Part shown: positions 8,664 to 17,938 of the stretch, in pieces
Position numbering within the stretch: position 1 is the stretch's first letter
Layout: each line of letters begins with the position of its first letter
Origin: an uncultured Atopobiaceae bacterium
Lineage (GTDB): Bacteria; Actinomycetota; Coriobacteriia; Coriobacteriales; Atopobiaceae
Direction: 5' to 3'
NCBI GenBank assembly: GCA_947581665.1
Contig: CANPVI010000001.1
Span: forward strand, 1 to 61,792
DNA: 61,792 nt
The notes under the pieces: model-generated
Database searches by the model: none
What the model was told of the DNA's origin: nothing
The model's input: the letters and a program-made list of their open reading frames with translations, nothing else
Position numbers and translations under genes: made by a program

Positions 8664-10439
8664 CTATTGTTTTCTGCCCCGTGTTTCCTGTGTCAGCCCG
8701 CCATCGTAGTTGAATTTGTTGTACTCGCACACGAGCCGTTCTTTGTCCCCAAATCGGTCGGTGCAGTCGTAGGCGGCTCCTACTTCGAGTTCGGGGTTTC
8801 CTCGCCATGTGGCGGTCAAGCTGCCCTCTCCTGCGGACAAGCGTTTGAGCAGTAGGTTTGCCATGTATTCCGCCTGCTCGAACGACTGCACCAATTCGCT
8901 CGTGGGATGCACATAGGCGATTGCTCCATAGTTGGCGATGCTCTCTTCGTTCCTTGCCGTTACGGTCCGAGTGTTGATATTGATGGCATTGCCCGACACG
9001 GTGATTATCGCCGTCTGCTCTTCCCCAGAGTTATTCCTGATCGTACACTCGCATGAGTTCACACCGCTGTTGAAAGTTACGATTTGCACCATTGCATTGT
9101 CTATCTCCGCGAACGGATATGCAATCTCCGAGGTGTAGTCGATGGTCATGGTTTTCGTTTCGTTCGCTGCCAACCTTATCTCGGTTTCCGCCACATCGAT
9201 GATGTCATCCTCGATGGTCACTTCGCAATAATCCACCGATACCACATTCGAGAAGTCCGTCAGCGATATGTTCGACTTGTAGGAGAATGCGTTGCCGGGG
9301 TTGACGGCGATTGTGCTTGCAATCGGTGTGTCCGTTTCTCCCCTTATGACGATGCGATTGTTCCGATCCACATACATGCGGCAAAGTCCCGCATTGGCGA
9401 TTTCCTGTAAGGCATCCCAACCCGTGGTCTTCGGCAGGAGTGCTGTGTCCACCACAAAGTCTTTCAGCGTGTCCGAGATGCTGTATTCTTCGGGTTTGAA
9501 CCCCATCTTGACCATGATGTCTTCGGCTATCTCATAGAGGGAGATGTCCGTCAACAGCGGAAAGCCGACATAGCTCTTTATCTGCAAGCGCATCAGCCTG
9601 TCGGTCGCCGTGCATTTTACCCATTGGCTGTCCTGCGGTATATCCCACTCATCCGAGTAGAAACATCCGAGCGGCTGGTAGTCGATTTTCCCATCCTTCA
9701 TCTGCCCGATGAACGGGAAAAGTTTTCGGTCGAGCAACATCAGATTCCGCAAGTACCCCTTGTCGAATTTCCGATTTTCGTTGTAGATCGTCACGGTCAT
9801 GGAGTCCGAATTGATGTTGTATGTTCCCTCGGCGGAAGACAATTCCTCGCCGACTTCGAACGTCTGGAGCGCATCGCCCTCGTATATCTCATAGACACGC
9901 TCGAAATTCCGCAAGATTTTGGCACAGGCGTTCGGTTTGCTCCATTTGCTGATAGTCAGTCGCATGGAGGTGATATCGTCCACAACGGTCGAAAAAACGC
10001 GCTCTAAATCGGTGTTCCCCGTTACACTCTCCGTGTGGATCACAGTTCCGTTCCGTTTGTATTCGAGGGTGAAGTCCACGGGGTATTGGTTGAGCTTCGA
10101 GTCCCCTATAACTCGCCAATAGATAATCGGCCGCATCGTAAACGACAATTCGATGAAAGGCTTATTGGCAAACACCCCATTGACATCGGAGAGTCCCCCG
10201 CTCCACCATCCGACCACCAAGGTATCGTCTATCATCCTGAATGTTCCGTCCATCGTGGAGTGTCCGTCCATGGTGCAAGCCTTGACCGTGGGGACGCTCG
10301 GAAGATGATACACATCCTGTGGGTGGCTTATCTCCGAGTTTCCGCTTTCCACAGTCCTGACGTCATGGCTCAATTCTTCGTCCGCATAGACGATTTCCAC
10401 CTTCGCATAGATTTTCCGTGGGTTATCCGAATATGCCAT
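8664..10439 (-). CDS. tail-associated protein (Tal / prophage-tail baseplate hub family)
   Basis: 591 aa, located two genes downstream of the tape measure. The call rests on synteny and size. Confidence 0.6.
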   Translation of the reverse strand: MAYSDNPRKIYAKVEIVYADEELSHDVRTVESGNSEISHPQDVYHLPSVPTVKACTMDGHSTMDGTFRMIDDTLVVGWWSGGLSDVNGVFANKPFIELSFTMRPIIYWRVIGDSKLNQYPVDFTLEYKRNGTVIHTESVTGNTDLERVFSTVVDDITSMRLTISKWSKPNACAKILRNFERVYEIYEGDALQTFEVGEELSSAEGTYNINSDSMTVTIYNENRKFDKGYLRNLMLLDRKLFPFIGQMKDGKIDYQPLGCFYSDEWDIPQDSQWVKCTATDRLMRLQIKSYVGFPLLTDISLYEIAEDIMVKMGFKPEEYSISDTLKDFVVDTALLPKTTGWDALQEIANAGLCRMYVDRNNRIVIRGETDTPIASTIAVNPGNAFSYKSNISLTDFSNVVSVDYCEVTIEDDIIDVAETEIRLAANETKTMTIDYTSEIAYPFAEIDNAMVQIVTFNSGVNSCECTIRNNSGEEQTAIITVSGNAININTRTVTARNEESIANYGAIAYVHPTSELVQSFEQAEYMANLLLKRLSAGEGSLTATWRGNPELEVGAAYDCTDRFGDKERLVCEYNKFNYDGGLTQETRGRKQ

Positions 10440-10442
10440 AGG

Positions 10443-10799
10443 TCACCTCTCGGAGAAACTGACGGAGACGCTTTTCCACATCAGTCTGGACTTCGCCCAA
10501 TCGTAATGCGGCTGATAGGTCAGTCCCTCGGACCGTGCCGACATCGTCACGAGCTGTCCCGTTCCGTTGTCATGAAAGGAAATTTCGCAAAACTTATCGC
10601 TCTTCACGGCCGCCGTGAGCGTGGTCATATCTTCTTTCGAGAGATATTCCCAGCTCACATCGACCTTTCGCTTTGTCCCTATCACGTCCACTACCATCGT
10701 GCCGTCTACAGTCCGCTCCGCCTTGTCGAGAATTTCCTGCGAGAAAGACAGGTCGGTGGGTGCTTTGATTGTCTTCCCGTTTATCTTGAAAAAGTCCAT
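10443..10799 (-). CDS. short distal-tail (Dit-like) / phage tail family protein
   Basis: 118 aa, immediately after the tape measure. The call rests on synteny. Confidence 0.45.
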   Translation of the reverse strand: MDFFKINGKTIKAPTDLSFSQEILDKAERTVDGTMVVDVIGTKRKVDVSWEYLSKEDMTTLTAAVKSDKFCEISFHDNGTGQLVTMSARSEGLTYQPHYDWAKSRLMWKSVSVSFSER

Positions 10800-10800
10800 T

Positions 10801-13491
10801 TTACACCCCCTGTAGATTTACGCCATGCCGTTTGTATTCTTTGTTCAGCTTCGGCATCATCAGCCGTGCAAAGGTCTGCCCGTCGATTTCGAGGACGATT
10901 TCCTGTCCGCTGTCGCCGTTCATTCCTCGCATAGCCAACATCCCTTGCAGTAAGCCGTTTATAAGGTCACCATTCGGGTTGCTGCCCGTTCCGAGCATGG
11001 CTCGGTTTGGTGTGGCGGTCAAGTTGAGCGTACTCGCCACCTCCATTGCCGCTCTCTGCATCATCGGTAGATTTTCGTACATCCCCTCCGCCATCATGTC
11101 CATGAGGTTGGGGATCCACTCGTCCGCCGTATGCCCCGGACCTTTCTTGGTCGGCGAACCGAAACCGAGGAAGTCCGCGATTGCATTTCCGACCGACTTC
11201 ACTCCGTCCACCACCCAATTCCATGCTTTCTTGATGCCATCGCCGATGTTTTGAATAAGATTCTTGCCCCAATTGAATGCATCTTTGAAGAGGTTTTGGA
11301 AGAAGTCCCCGACCTTGCCGAACAGTCCTGTGATGGTGTCCCAGATCCACCCTGCGGCAGATTTGATGCCTTCCCAGATGTTCACGAAGAATCCGCTGAT
11401 GCCTTCCCATGCGCTTTTGAAGATGTTTCCGATGGTATCTCCGCAGTTTTTGAAGAAGTTGACCATGCTCTCCCCGAACCCTTTGATGAACTCCCAAATG
11501 CCGAGGAAGATGTTTTTTATCGCCGACCAAAGGCTGCCCGCGACATTCTTCATGTGTTCCCACGCTTCCGACCAGTCGCCACGCAGCACAGCGCAAACGA
11601 CTTGGATGATTTCGAGGATCGCCTGCGCCACGTCAATGACCGCTTCGATGAACGGTCCGAGCGCATCGATGATGCCCGAAAGAACGCTCGACACCACTCC
11701 CCATAATGTCATCACCAGTCCGCCTATCAGCTCGAAGACGGGTTTCAAGGTTTCGTAGAGCGACACGATGGTGTCCCAGAGCGATGCGAACAGGCTCTTT
11801 ATCTTTTCCCAAATCGGTCGCACATAGGAGAAGAATTTGCCGAGCGCATTCATGATGTTCGTAAAACAGGCGGACACGACTTGCCAAATTTTCGAGAAAA
11901 TGTCCTTCACGGTTTCCCATATTTTCTTGCCGTGTTTCTGCCAGAAGTTCTTTATCGCCGTAACAACGTCTATCACGACATCCTTCACGAAGTTCCAGAC
12001 CTTCTCGGCATACGGCTTGATTTTCCCGAAGATGGTTTTGATGCCTTTCCATAGGGTTTTGAGTGCGTTGAGTGCCGTGTTGATGATTTTCTCGCCGTTC
12101 TGTTCCCACCAAGCCTTTATCGCCCCCACCGCATTGAGTATCACGGATTTGATTTTCTCCCAAATCTTGGTTACCGCATTGCGGAATCCTTCGTTGGTTT
12201 TCCACAAATAGACGAGTACCCCGACCACCGCTGCGATGATGCCGATAATGAGCCCGACCTTGGAGAACAGCATCGATCCGACTTTGGCTATCGTTCCTAT
12301 GCTGCCGATGACCTTGCCAATCACGAGCAACAGCGGTCCGATTGCCGCCGCCAAAAGCGCGATGGTCACGATGTTCTTCTTCGTTCCCATCGACAGCCCC
12401 ATGAGTTTCTGCGTGAGTGGCGAAATGTATTTTTGAATGAACTGTCGGATTATCGGGATCAGCACATCGCCGAACGATATTGCTATTTCCTCGATCTCTG
12501 ACTTCAAGATTTTGACTTGCCCCTGTAATGTGTCAAGCTGTGTTGCCGCCATATCGGAGGCTTTGTTTGTCCCCGTTATCGACTCGGTCATCTCTCTGAC
12601 CGCATCTCCGCCCGCCGACATAAGGGCGAGCATACCGGGGCCCGCTCTCGCGCCGAACACTTTCATCGCTTGAGCGGTATCCATGCCTGCGGCACCGAGT
12701 CTGTCAATGATCGTGGCGAGGTCGTTGGTCGCAGGGTTGACCTCATCATAGGTCAGCCCCAATTCCTCGAACACACCGAGTGCCACAGAGGTCGGGTTCA
12801 TGAGCGATACGAGCGATTGACGGAGCGAAGTGCCTGCGGTCGAGCCGTCATATCCTGCGTTATACAGGACGGCAAGTGCGCCCGTTACTTCCTCTATCTC
12901 GTATCCAAGGCTGTGGGCGACTGGTCCGACATACCCCATTGAATTGGAGAGCTTGTCCATGGTTGCCATGGAGTTGCCTATCGCCGCCGCATACACATTG
13001 GTCACTCTCTCCGCTTGGTCTGCCTCCAAACCGAATTGGTTTAAGGCGGAGATTACGGTATCGGTCGTAAAGGCAAGGTCGCTTTGCGTTGCCGATGCAA
13101 GGTTCAAGGTCGCCTCGATGGACGCTGCCATTTGGTCTACCTTGTAGCCCGCCGATGCCATATAGTACAGCGCATCTGCCGCATCGGATGCCGAAAAGAC
13201 GGTTTTGCTACCCATCTCTCTCGCAAGGGCAGTCATCCTTGCCAATTCATCGCCCGTTGCACCCGCGACCGATGCCGCATTCGCCATGCTCTGCTCGAAT
13301 TGCTGTGAGACATTGACGGCGGCCGTTCCGAGTGCCACAAGCGGTGCTGTGATGCTTGCCGTGAGTTTCGTACCCGCCTTTGTGAATCCTGCGGATACCT
13401 TTTGGATCTGTTTTTGTGCAGTCTGTAACCCTTTGGAAAGCGAGGATATATCTGCCGCTATCTTTACGACAAGGTTACGAATTACAGCCAT
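10801..13491 (-). CDS. tail tape measure protein
   Basis: 896 aa. TP901-type core (..MASAGYKVDQMAASIEATLNLASAT..), a central hydrophobic segment, and a long W/F-periodic helical repeat region. Confidence 0.9.
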   Translation of the reverse strand: MAVIRNLVVKIAADISSLSKGLQTAQKQIQKVSAGFTKAGTKLTASITAPLVALGTAAVNVSQQFEQSMANAASVAGATGDELARMTALAREMGSKTVFSASDAADALYYMASAGYKVDQMAASIEATLNLASATQSDLAFTTDTVISALNQFGLEADQAERVTNVYAAAIGNSMATMDKLSNSMGYVGPVAHSLGYEIEEVTGALAVLYNAGYDGSTAGTSLRQSLVSLMNPTSVALGVFEELGLTYDEVNPATNDLATIIDRLGAAGMDTAQAMKVFGARAGPGMLALMSAGGDAVREMTESITGTNKASDMAATQLDTLQGQVKILKSEIEEIAISFGDVLIPIIRQFIQKYISPLTQKLMGLSMGTKKNIVTIALLAAAIGPLLLVIGKVIGSIGTIAKVGSMLFSKVGLIIGIIAAVVGVLVYLWKTNEGFRNAVTKIWEKIKSVILNAVGAIKAWWEQNGEKIINTALNALKTLWKGIKTIFGKIKPYAEKVWNFVKDVVIDVVTAIKNFWQKHGKKIWETVKDIFSKIWQVVSACFTNIMNALGKFFSYVRPIWEKIKSLFASLWDTIVSLYETLKPVFELIGGLVMTLWGVVSSVLSGIIDALGPFIEAVIDVAQAILEIIQVVCAVLRGDWSEAWEHMKNVAGSLWSAIKNIFLGIWEFIKGFGESMVNFFKNCGDTIGNIFKSAWEGISGFFVNIWEGIKSAAGWIWDTITGLFGKVGDFFQNLFKDAFNWGKNLIQNIGDGIKKAWNWVVDGVKSVGNAIADFLGFGSPTKKGPGHTADEWIPNLMDMMAEGMYENLPMMQRAAMEVASTLNLTATPNRAMLGTGSNPNGDLINGLLQGMLAMRGMNGDSGQEIVLEIDGQTFARLMMPKLNKEYKRHGVNLQGV

Positions 13492-13504
13492 ACCCTCACC
13501 TCCC

Positions 13505-13804
13505 TTATTTGATTATGACTCCCTTTTCCGCCGCCATCGCTTTCAGTATGGCATCACTTTTACTGCTTGCTCTCTGGTTCGGTTTCTTCCTTGATTCTCG
13601 GAGCAGTTTCTCAAGCCGTGGCAGTCTTTTCTGCCGTGCGAGTGCTTCGGTGTGCCATGCAAGGCACAGGAGATTTTCGAACTCCTTCTGCTCTTCATGC
13701 TTTCTTTGTTTGGCTATGAGTTGCAGTTCGTAGGGAGTGTACTCGCCCACAACGAGCGGATCCACACCCCACGCGACCACCGCTTGGTCGCAGAGAGCGT
13801 TCAA
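13505..13804 (-). CDS. tail assembly chaperone T-like segment (-1 frame relative to 13819..14136)
   Basis: This frame stays open upstream to 13921 and overlaps the end of the G-like ORF. The ORF-track start is TTG. Confidence 0.5.
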   Translation of the reverse strand: MNALCDQAVVAWGVDPLVVGEYTPYELQLIAKQRKHEEQKEFENLLCLAWHTEALARQKRLPRLEKLLRESRKKPNQRASSKSDAILKAMAAEKGVIIK

Positions 13805-13818
13805 GTCAAAAGCGGCGG

Positions 13819-14136
13819 TTACTTTTCCCCCGGCACTTCGGGGTTGCCCGCCTGCCCCTTGCCGAATGCCTCGGTCAATGCTTCGCCGAGCTTCTCGGCG
13901 ATTTCCGTGAGGTCGGAGAAGTCATCGATGAGTTCGCCGACCTTTTCGATGGTCAGCGTCTTGTCCTCATGGTAGAGTCCGCCGTACACGATGGCAAGCA
14001 AGTCTTTCACCCCGACGTTATTGAGGTCGAGTGTCAATATCGACTTGCCCGTGATGTCTTCGATGGTCGACAAGGCATTCATGCCGTAGCGGAGCGTTCT
14101 CGGTCTGTCGAGATTGATTGTTACACCTTTCTTCAT
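13819..14136 (-). CDS. tail assembly chaperone G-like
   Basis: 105 aa, acidic, located between major tail and tape measure. Ends ..CCG GGG GAA AAG TAA. Confidence 0.65.
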   Translation of the reverse strand: MKKGVTINLDRPRTLRYGMNALSTIEDITGKSILTLDLNNVGVKDLLAIVYGGLYHEDKTLTIEKVGELIDDFSDLTEIAEKLGEALTEAFGKGQAGNPEVPGEK

Positions 14137-14153
14137 AGTTATTTCCTCCCTAT

Positions 14154-14552
14154 TTATGCCGTTTCAAACGACAATGCGCCCGTGCCTGTGAATTCGACGC
14201 TGATGGACACCACATCGTCCACGGGGTCCTCTATCGACAGGCTGTTGATGAATGCCTCGCCCTTGTAGTAGTTCGTTTCGTCCACATAGAGCTTGACCGT
14301 TACCGTTGTCCCTTTCAGGAATGCGTCCTGAAGTGCGGACTGTCCGTCTTTGTCCGTGGGGACTGCATAGTCGCCCTCGCTCGATGCCGTCCACTCTTTC
14401 AGCCCCGTGATGTAGTTTTTCCAATCATCGCCGAGAGCCGTGGTTTCGAGCGTGTCCAAGGACAGTTCAAGCGACCAGTTCTTGATGCCGACCACTTTCT
14501 TGCCGCTTTCTGAACCGATTTCGACCTTTCCGTTCTTTCCTGCTACTGCCAT
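14154..14552 (-). CDS. major tail protein (phi13-family type)
   Basis: MAVAGKNGKVEIG..IKNWSLELSLDTLETTALGDDWKNYITGLKEWTASSEG..; size and position fit. Confidence 0.8.
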   Translation of the reverse strand: MAVAGKNGKVEIGSESGKKVVGIKNWSLELSLDTLETTALGDDWKNYITGLKEWTASSEGDYAVPTDKDGQSALQDAFLKGTTVTVKLYVDETNYYKGEAFINSLSIEDPVDDVVSISVEFTGTGALSFETA

Positions 14553-14561
14553 ATTTCCCTC

Positions 14562-14972
14562 CTATTTTTCGTTGAATAAAAATTCAAATTCGATGCTCGA
14601 CATATATTCCTCGATATCGAATTTCAATGCCGTGTTCCCGTTGTACTCGTAGTCCGACTTGATGAACACGGCTTGGATGTAAAGTCCGCTCATCTCCCCG
14701 TGATAATCTTGGAACAGCCGTTTCACCATGCGGGAAAGTTCCCTTGACTTCTTGTAAGTGTTATGGTGGCAGACGAATTGAATCGTTTGCCGCACGAACC
14801 CCGTGTCGCCTTGTAAGGCGGAGTCGTAGTTGGCGAGAACGGGAGCATAGACGATGGCGGGCAAGGGAGCGTCTTCGGGGAGGAGTATCGGATATATCCG
14901 CCCTTGCACGAGCCCATTGATCTCTGCATCTGCGCAAAGTTCTTCGTACACCGCTTGGCATATATCTTTCAT
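14562..14972 (-). CDS. tail terminator / DUF3168-like neck protein
   Basis: 136 aa; ..RIYPILLPEDAPLPAIVYAPV..; synteny supports the call. Confidence 0.6.
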   Translation of the reverse strand: MKDICQAVYEELCADAEINGLVQGRIYPILLPEDAPLPAIVYAPVLANYDSALQGDTGFVRQTIQFVCHHNTYKKSRELSRMVKRLFQDYHGEMSGLYIQAVFIKSDYEYNGNTALKFDIEEYMSSIEFEFLFNEK

Positions 14973-15370
14973 ATCGACCTCCCCACCGCTCTCGATATTT
15001 CGGCTACTATCGCCTCATTGATTTGTTCTTGGTTGTCATCGACCGCATTCCGCAGAAACGGATTCGCAGGTCTGCCCCTTGCTCCGAGTTCAACGTGCGT
15101 CCCATAGGTCAGCGACTTGTCATAGTCCACTTGCACGGTCGCCTTGGTCTTAGTGGATTTCCCCTCGGTCAGATGCAGACTTTGCTTGAGTGCGCCCGTG
15201 TCCACGGGGCAGTTTTGCTTTGCATCCGCCAAGGCGATTTGTCCGCCCGCTTTCGCACCTTTCATCAAGACCGATGCTGCGGCATCGTCCATCGCTTTGA
15301 GGTCCTTCGCCAATTTGTCTGCGCCCTCGACTCCGACTTTAACTTTCCGCTGCTTTGCGCTGTAACCCAT
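14969..15370 (-). CDS. HK97 gp10-family head-tail joining protein
   Basis: ..QNCPVDTGALKQSLHL..GTHVELGARGRPANPFLRNAV.. Confidence 0.75.
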   Translation of the reverse strand: MGYSAKQRKVKVGVEGADKLAKDLKAMDDAAASVLMKGAKAGGQIALADAKQNCPVDTGALKQSLHLTEGKSTKTKATVQVDYDKSLTYGTHVELGARGRPANPFLRNAVDDNQEQINEAIVAEISRAVGRSI

Positions 15371-15689
15371 AGCTCACCATTTCCTTGCAGTTGATGACCG
15401 TTGCCCTGTGAGCGGTATCGCTGTCGAGCGTCCCGACTATCTCATAGAGCTTGTCGCCGTACTGAATGCGGTGCAAGACCGTCAGCCAAGGCAAGTAGCG
15501 GATGGTTATCCGTACCACTTTCTCGGCTGTGACTTGCTGTGCGAACATCTGCTCCGTTCCGCTCACAGGCTCGATCTCTGCCCATACCTTTGCCACTTCT
15601 CTCCATTCCCCGACTTCGCCGCCGTAGGCATCGCGTTCCTTGAAGAGTTGCAAGATTTGCACCCTTCGGTTGAGATTGCCTATATCCAT
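15339..15689 (-). CDS. head-tail adaptor (head closure protein)
   Basis: MDIGNLNRRVQILQ..DAYGGEVGEWREVAKVWAEIEPVSGTEQ..ITIRY..; typical H-T-join pattern. Confidence 0.75.
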   Translation of the reverse strand: MDIGNLNRRVQILQLFKERDAYGGEVGEWREVAKVWAEIEPVSGTEQMFAQQVTAEKVVRITIRYLPWLTVLHRIQYGDKLYEIVGTLDSDTAHRATVINCKEMVSYGLQRKAAES

Positions 15690-15988
15690 CAGAATGCCTC
15701 CTTGCGGTATGCGAACAGCATTCGGCGAACGAGGTCGAGTGTTTCCTGTATGCTCACTCCCGATTTGTTATCCTTGGATACTTGCCGTTCCTCGAACAGG
15801 GTGGCGGTCAGGATCAAAGCGGCTTGATGGACGGGTTCGGGGACTTCTTGGAAGTCCGTGAGCCTGCGCCGCAGGACTTCCTCAGTCAACACCTCTGCTG
15901 TAACGATAAGCGAGGAAATGAGCGCATCTTCATCGTCCCCGTCCACGCGGAGAAACTCTTTCGTTTCTTGCAATGTCAACACGCTCAT
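15689..15988 (-). CDS. gp6-like head-tail connector
   Basis: MSVLTLQETKEFLRVDGDDEDALISSLIVTAE..; follows the capsid gene. Confidence 0.65.
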   Translation of the reverse strand: MSVLTLQETKEFLRVDGDDEDALISSLIVTAEVLTEEVLRRRLTDFQEVPEPVHQAALILTATLFEERQVSKDNKSGVSIQETLDLVRRMLFAYRKEAF

Positions 15989-15998
15989 TCACCCCCTA

Positions 15999-17288
15999 TC
16001 ATTCGCCGCTGCGCTTTGCGAGAGTGACGAAAGGCGACACCGTTGCGCTGCCCTTGTACGGCGTGAGCGGTTTGTTCCAGATGGGTTTGCCGTCCATGCG
16101 GTAGATGAAGCGGAACACATTTTCATCGTAGAGGAAGCGGACATGGATAGACGATGCCGCCTTTACACCGCCCTTGTCGATGAGCAGATACTGCCCGATA
16201 TCTGCAAGGATGATGTCGCCCTCTTCGCCCGCAGCACTGCATTGCTCCAAGGGAATAACGGGACGACCGAAGAGCGTTCCGTAGGGTTTCTCGGAGAGTC
16301 CGCCTGCGGGGATGTAGACGGGTTTGTCGCCGATTTTCAGCGTGTAGAGGTAGGGTTCGAGTTCTTGGTTGATGTACCAGACCGCATTGCCCCTCGATCT
16401 CGACCACAGGCGATTCCACATCTTGATAAGGTTCTCGACCGTGATTGTATCCGTCTGCTCCGTTTCCTTTTCGACCTTGACGATTGCCCCGCTCTTCAAG
16501 ATGCCGAGAGGTTCGCCCTCGCCGCTACCCGACAGAATTGCATCATCGATCTTGAAGCCGAACTCTTCGGCGAATGCCTGACGGATGACCGCTTCGAGTG
16601 CCGCCGCATCCTGCAAGAGTTCATCGGTGGCATAGCACAAGCCCGTGAGCTTCTTCAGCGAGAGTTCGAGCTGACGGAACTTCGGTTTGCTTGCCGTGAG
16701 TTCGTCCGCCTCGCCTTCCCAATAGGTCTGCACCCCACCCCAACGGCTGCCGTTGGCACGGCTGTCTTCGTCCACGGCATTGATCTTCATGCCGTTCGCA
16801 TTGGTGCTGATGGGGATTTTCTTGGCACGGCTTGCCAAGATGCCCGTCTCATAGGTGCGTTTCAGAAGTTCGGTCACGAAGTCCTGCTGAACGAGGAACC
16901 CGCCGTCCGAGGGGGTGGTTTCGTTCAGTCCGCTTGCCGCTCTGGTGGAAAGTCTTTCGTCTACCTTTCCGCCGGGTGCCGCCGCCCTGTATGCGGCAAG
17001 GAGCTGTTCGCCGAACGATGCGAACCGCTTTTCATCGCCCTTGGAGGGACTGGGTTTCACTTCGGGTTTCTCCTCGGACTGGGTTTCGGGTTCGATTGCG
17101 AGAAGTTTCTCGGCTCTCGAAATGCTCTCATCCCACGAGCGGATCTCCGCTTCGTAGTTGTCGATTTCCTTGGCTTCCTCATCGGTAAGGAAGCGGTCCT
17201 CGGCTTCCGCCTTGGAGAGAACAGCCATCGCTTTCAGCCTTGCATCCTCTCTTTTGGCTTTCATTTCCAACACTTTTTTCATTGTCAT
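15999..17288 (-). CDS. major capsid protein, HK97 family (with N-terminal delta/scaffold domain)
   Basis: Coiled-coil N-terminus, then ..GGFLVQQDFVTELL..DELLQDAAALEAVI..; 429 aa, located after the prohead protease. Confidence 0.9.
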   Translation of the reverse strand: MTMKKVLEMKAKREDARLKAMAVLSKAEAEDRFLTDEEAKEIDNYEAEIRSWDESISRAEKLLAIEPETQSEEKPEVKPSPSKGDEKRFASFGEQLLAAYRAAAPGGKVDERLSTRAASGLNETTPSDGGFLVQQDFVTELLKRTYETGILASRAKKIPISTNANGMKINAVDEDSRANGSRWGGVQTYWEGEADELTASKPKFRQLELSLKKLTGLCYATDELLQDAAALEAVIRQAFAEEFGFKIDDAILSGSGEGEPLGILKSGAIVKVEKETEQTDTITVENLIKMWNRLWSRSRGNAVWYINQELEPYLYTLKIGDKPVYIPAGGLSEKPYGTLFGRPVIPLEQCSAAGEEGDIILADIGQYLLIDKGGVKAASSIHVRFLYDENVFRFIYRMDGKPIWNKPLTPYKGSATVSPFVTLAKRSGE

Positions 17289-17305
17289 ATATTGATTTCC
17301 TCCAA

Positions 17306-17938
17306 TTAAAGATTTTTGAATTTTGTCTGCAAGCCTTTGAGCTTCGCTTGCTGTTTCGCTCTCTCGGCGGTCTGTTTCTCCGCCTGTTCCTTGCTCCGCT
17401 GTTCCGCCTTATACCCGTCATATTCCTGCATTGCACGAACACCGACATCGGTTGCCGTGTATGCGGGGAAAGTTACGGGACTGACATCGAACAGTTGCAC
17501 TTTTCGGATTTCCCGAACATCCATCGAGTCCTTGGTAGACCATTCGTCTTCCTCGACTATGAACCCTATGGACATCTGCGTGATGTCCCCTCGGCGGATG
17601 CTTGTCACGATATCCCTTGCCCAACCCGTATCAGGCGGCAGTATTCGGACTCGGAGTCCGACTTCGTCTTCAGCGAGTTCGAGCGTTCCCGCTCTGTTTC
17701 GACCAAGCACATAGTTGGGATCGTGGTTGAATAATGCTCGGATATCGTCTTTGCCGATGCTTTCGCTGAATGCGCCCTTTCGGACTATTTCCCGAAACGG
17801 AAAGATTCCGCCAAGGGTTTCGGACCACGAATCGAACACGGCTGCGTGTCCTTCTATGACCGCACTACCCTTTTCGCTTTCGTTTACCCGAAGTTCCGTC
17901 ATCGGGAGCATTCGCAGTTCCTTCTTGCCCTTCTCCAT
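17306..17938 (-). CDS. HK97-family prohead protease
   Basis: ..IEGHAAVFDSWSE..FNHDPNYVLGR..GDITQMSIGF.. Confidence 0.85.
   Translation of the reverse strand: MEKGKKELRMLPMTELRVNESEKGSAVIEGHAAVFDSWSETLGGIFPFREIVRKGAFSESIGKDDIRALFNHDPNYVLGRNRAGTLELAEDEVGLRVRILPPDTGWARDIVTSIRRGDITQMSIGFIVEEDEWSTKDSMDVREIRKVQLFDVSPVTFPAYTATDVGVRAMQEYDGYKAEQRSKEQAEKQTAERAKQQAKLKGLQTKFKNL

Noticed and set aside
13820-13835. Lambda-type G_GGA_AAG slippery heptamer for the G/G-T frameshift
   Set aside because: The run GGGGGAAAAG is present, but in the zero frame it reads GGG GAA AAG and not X_XXY_YYZ. The frameshift is reported only as a candidate with an unassigned slip site.
15858-17309. 483-aa plus-strand ORF, the longest plus-strand ORF in this region
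   Set aside because: It lies exactly antisense to the HK97-type capsid gene. Its composition is low-complexity (R/F/L-rich), it has no SD and it resembles nothing I recognise. It is a shadow ORF.
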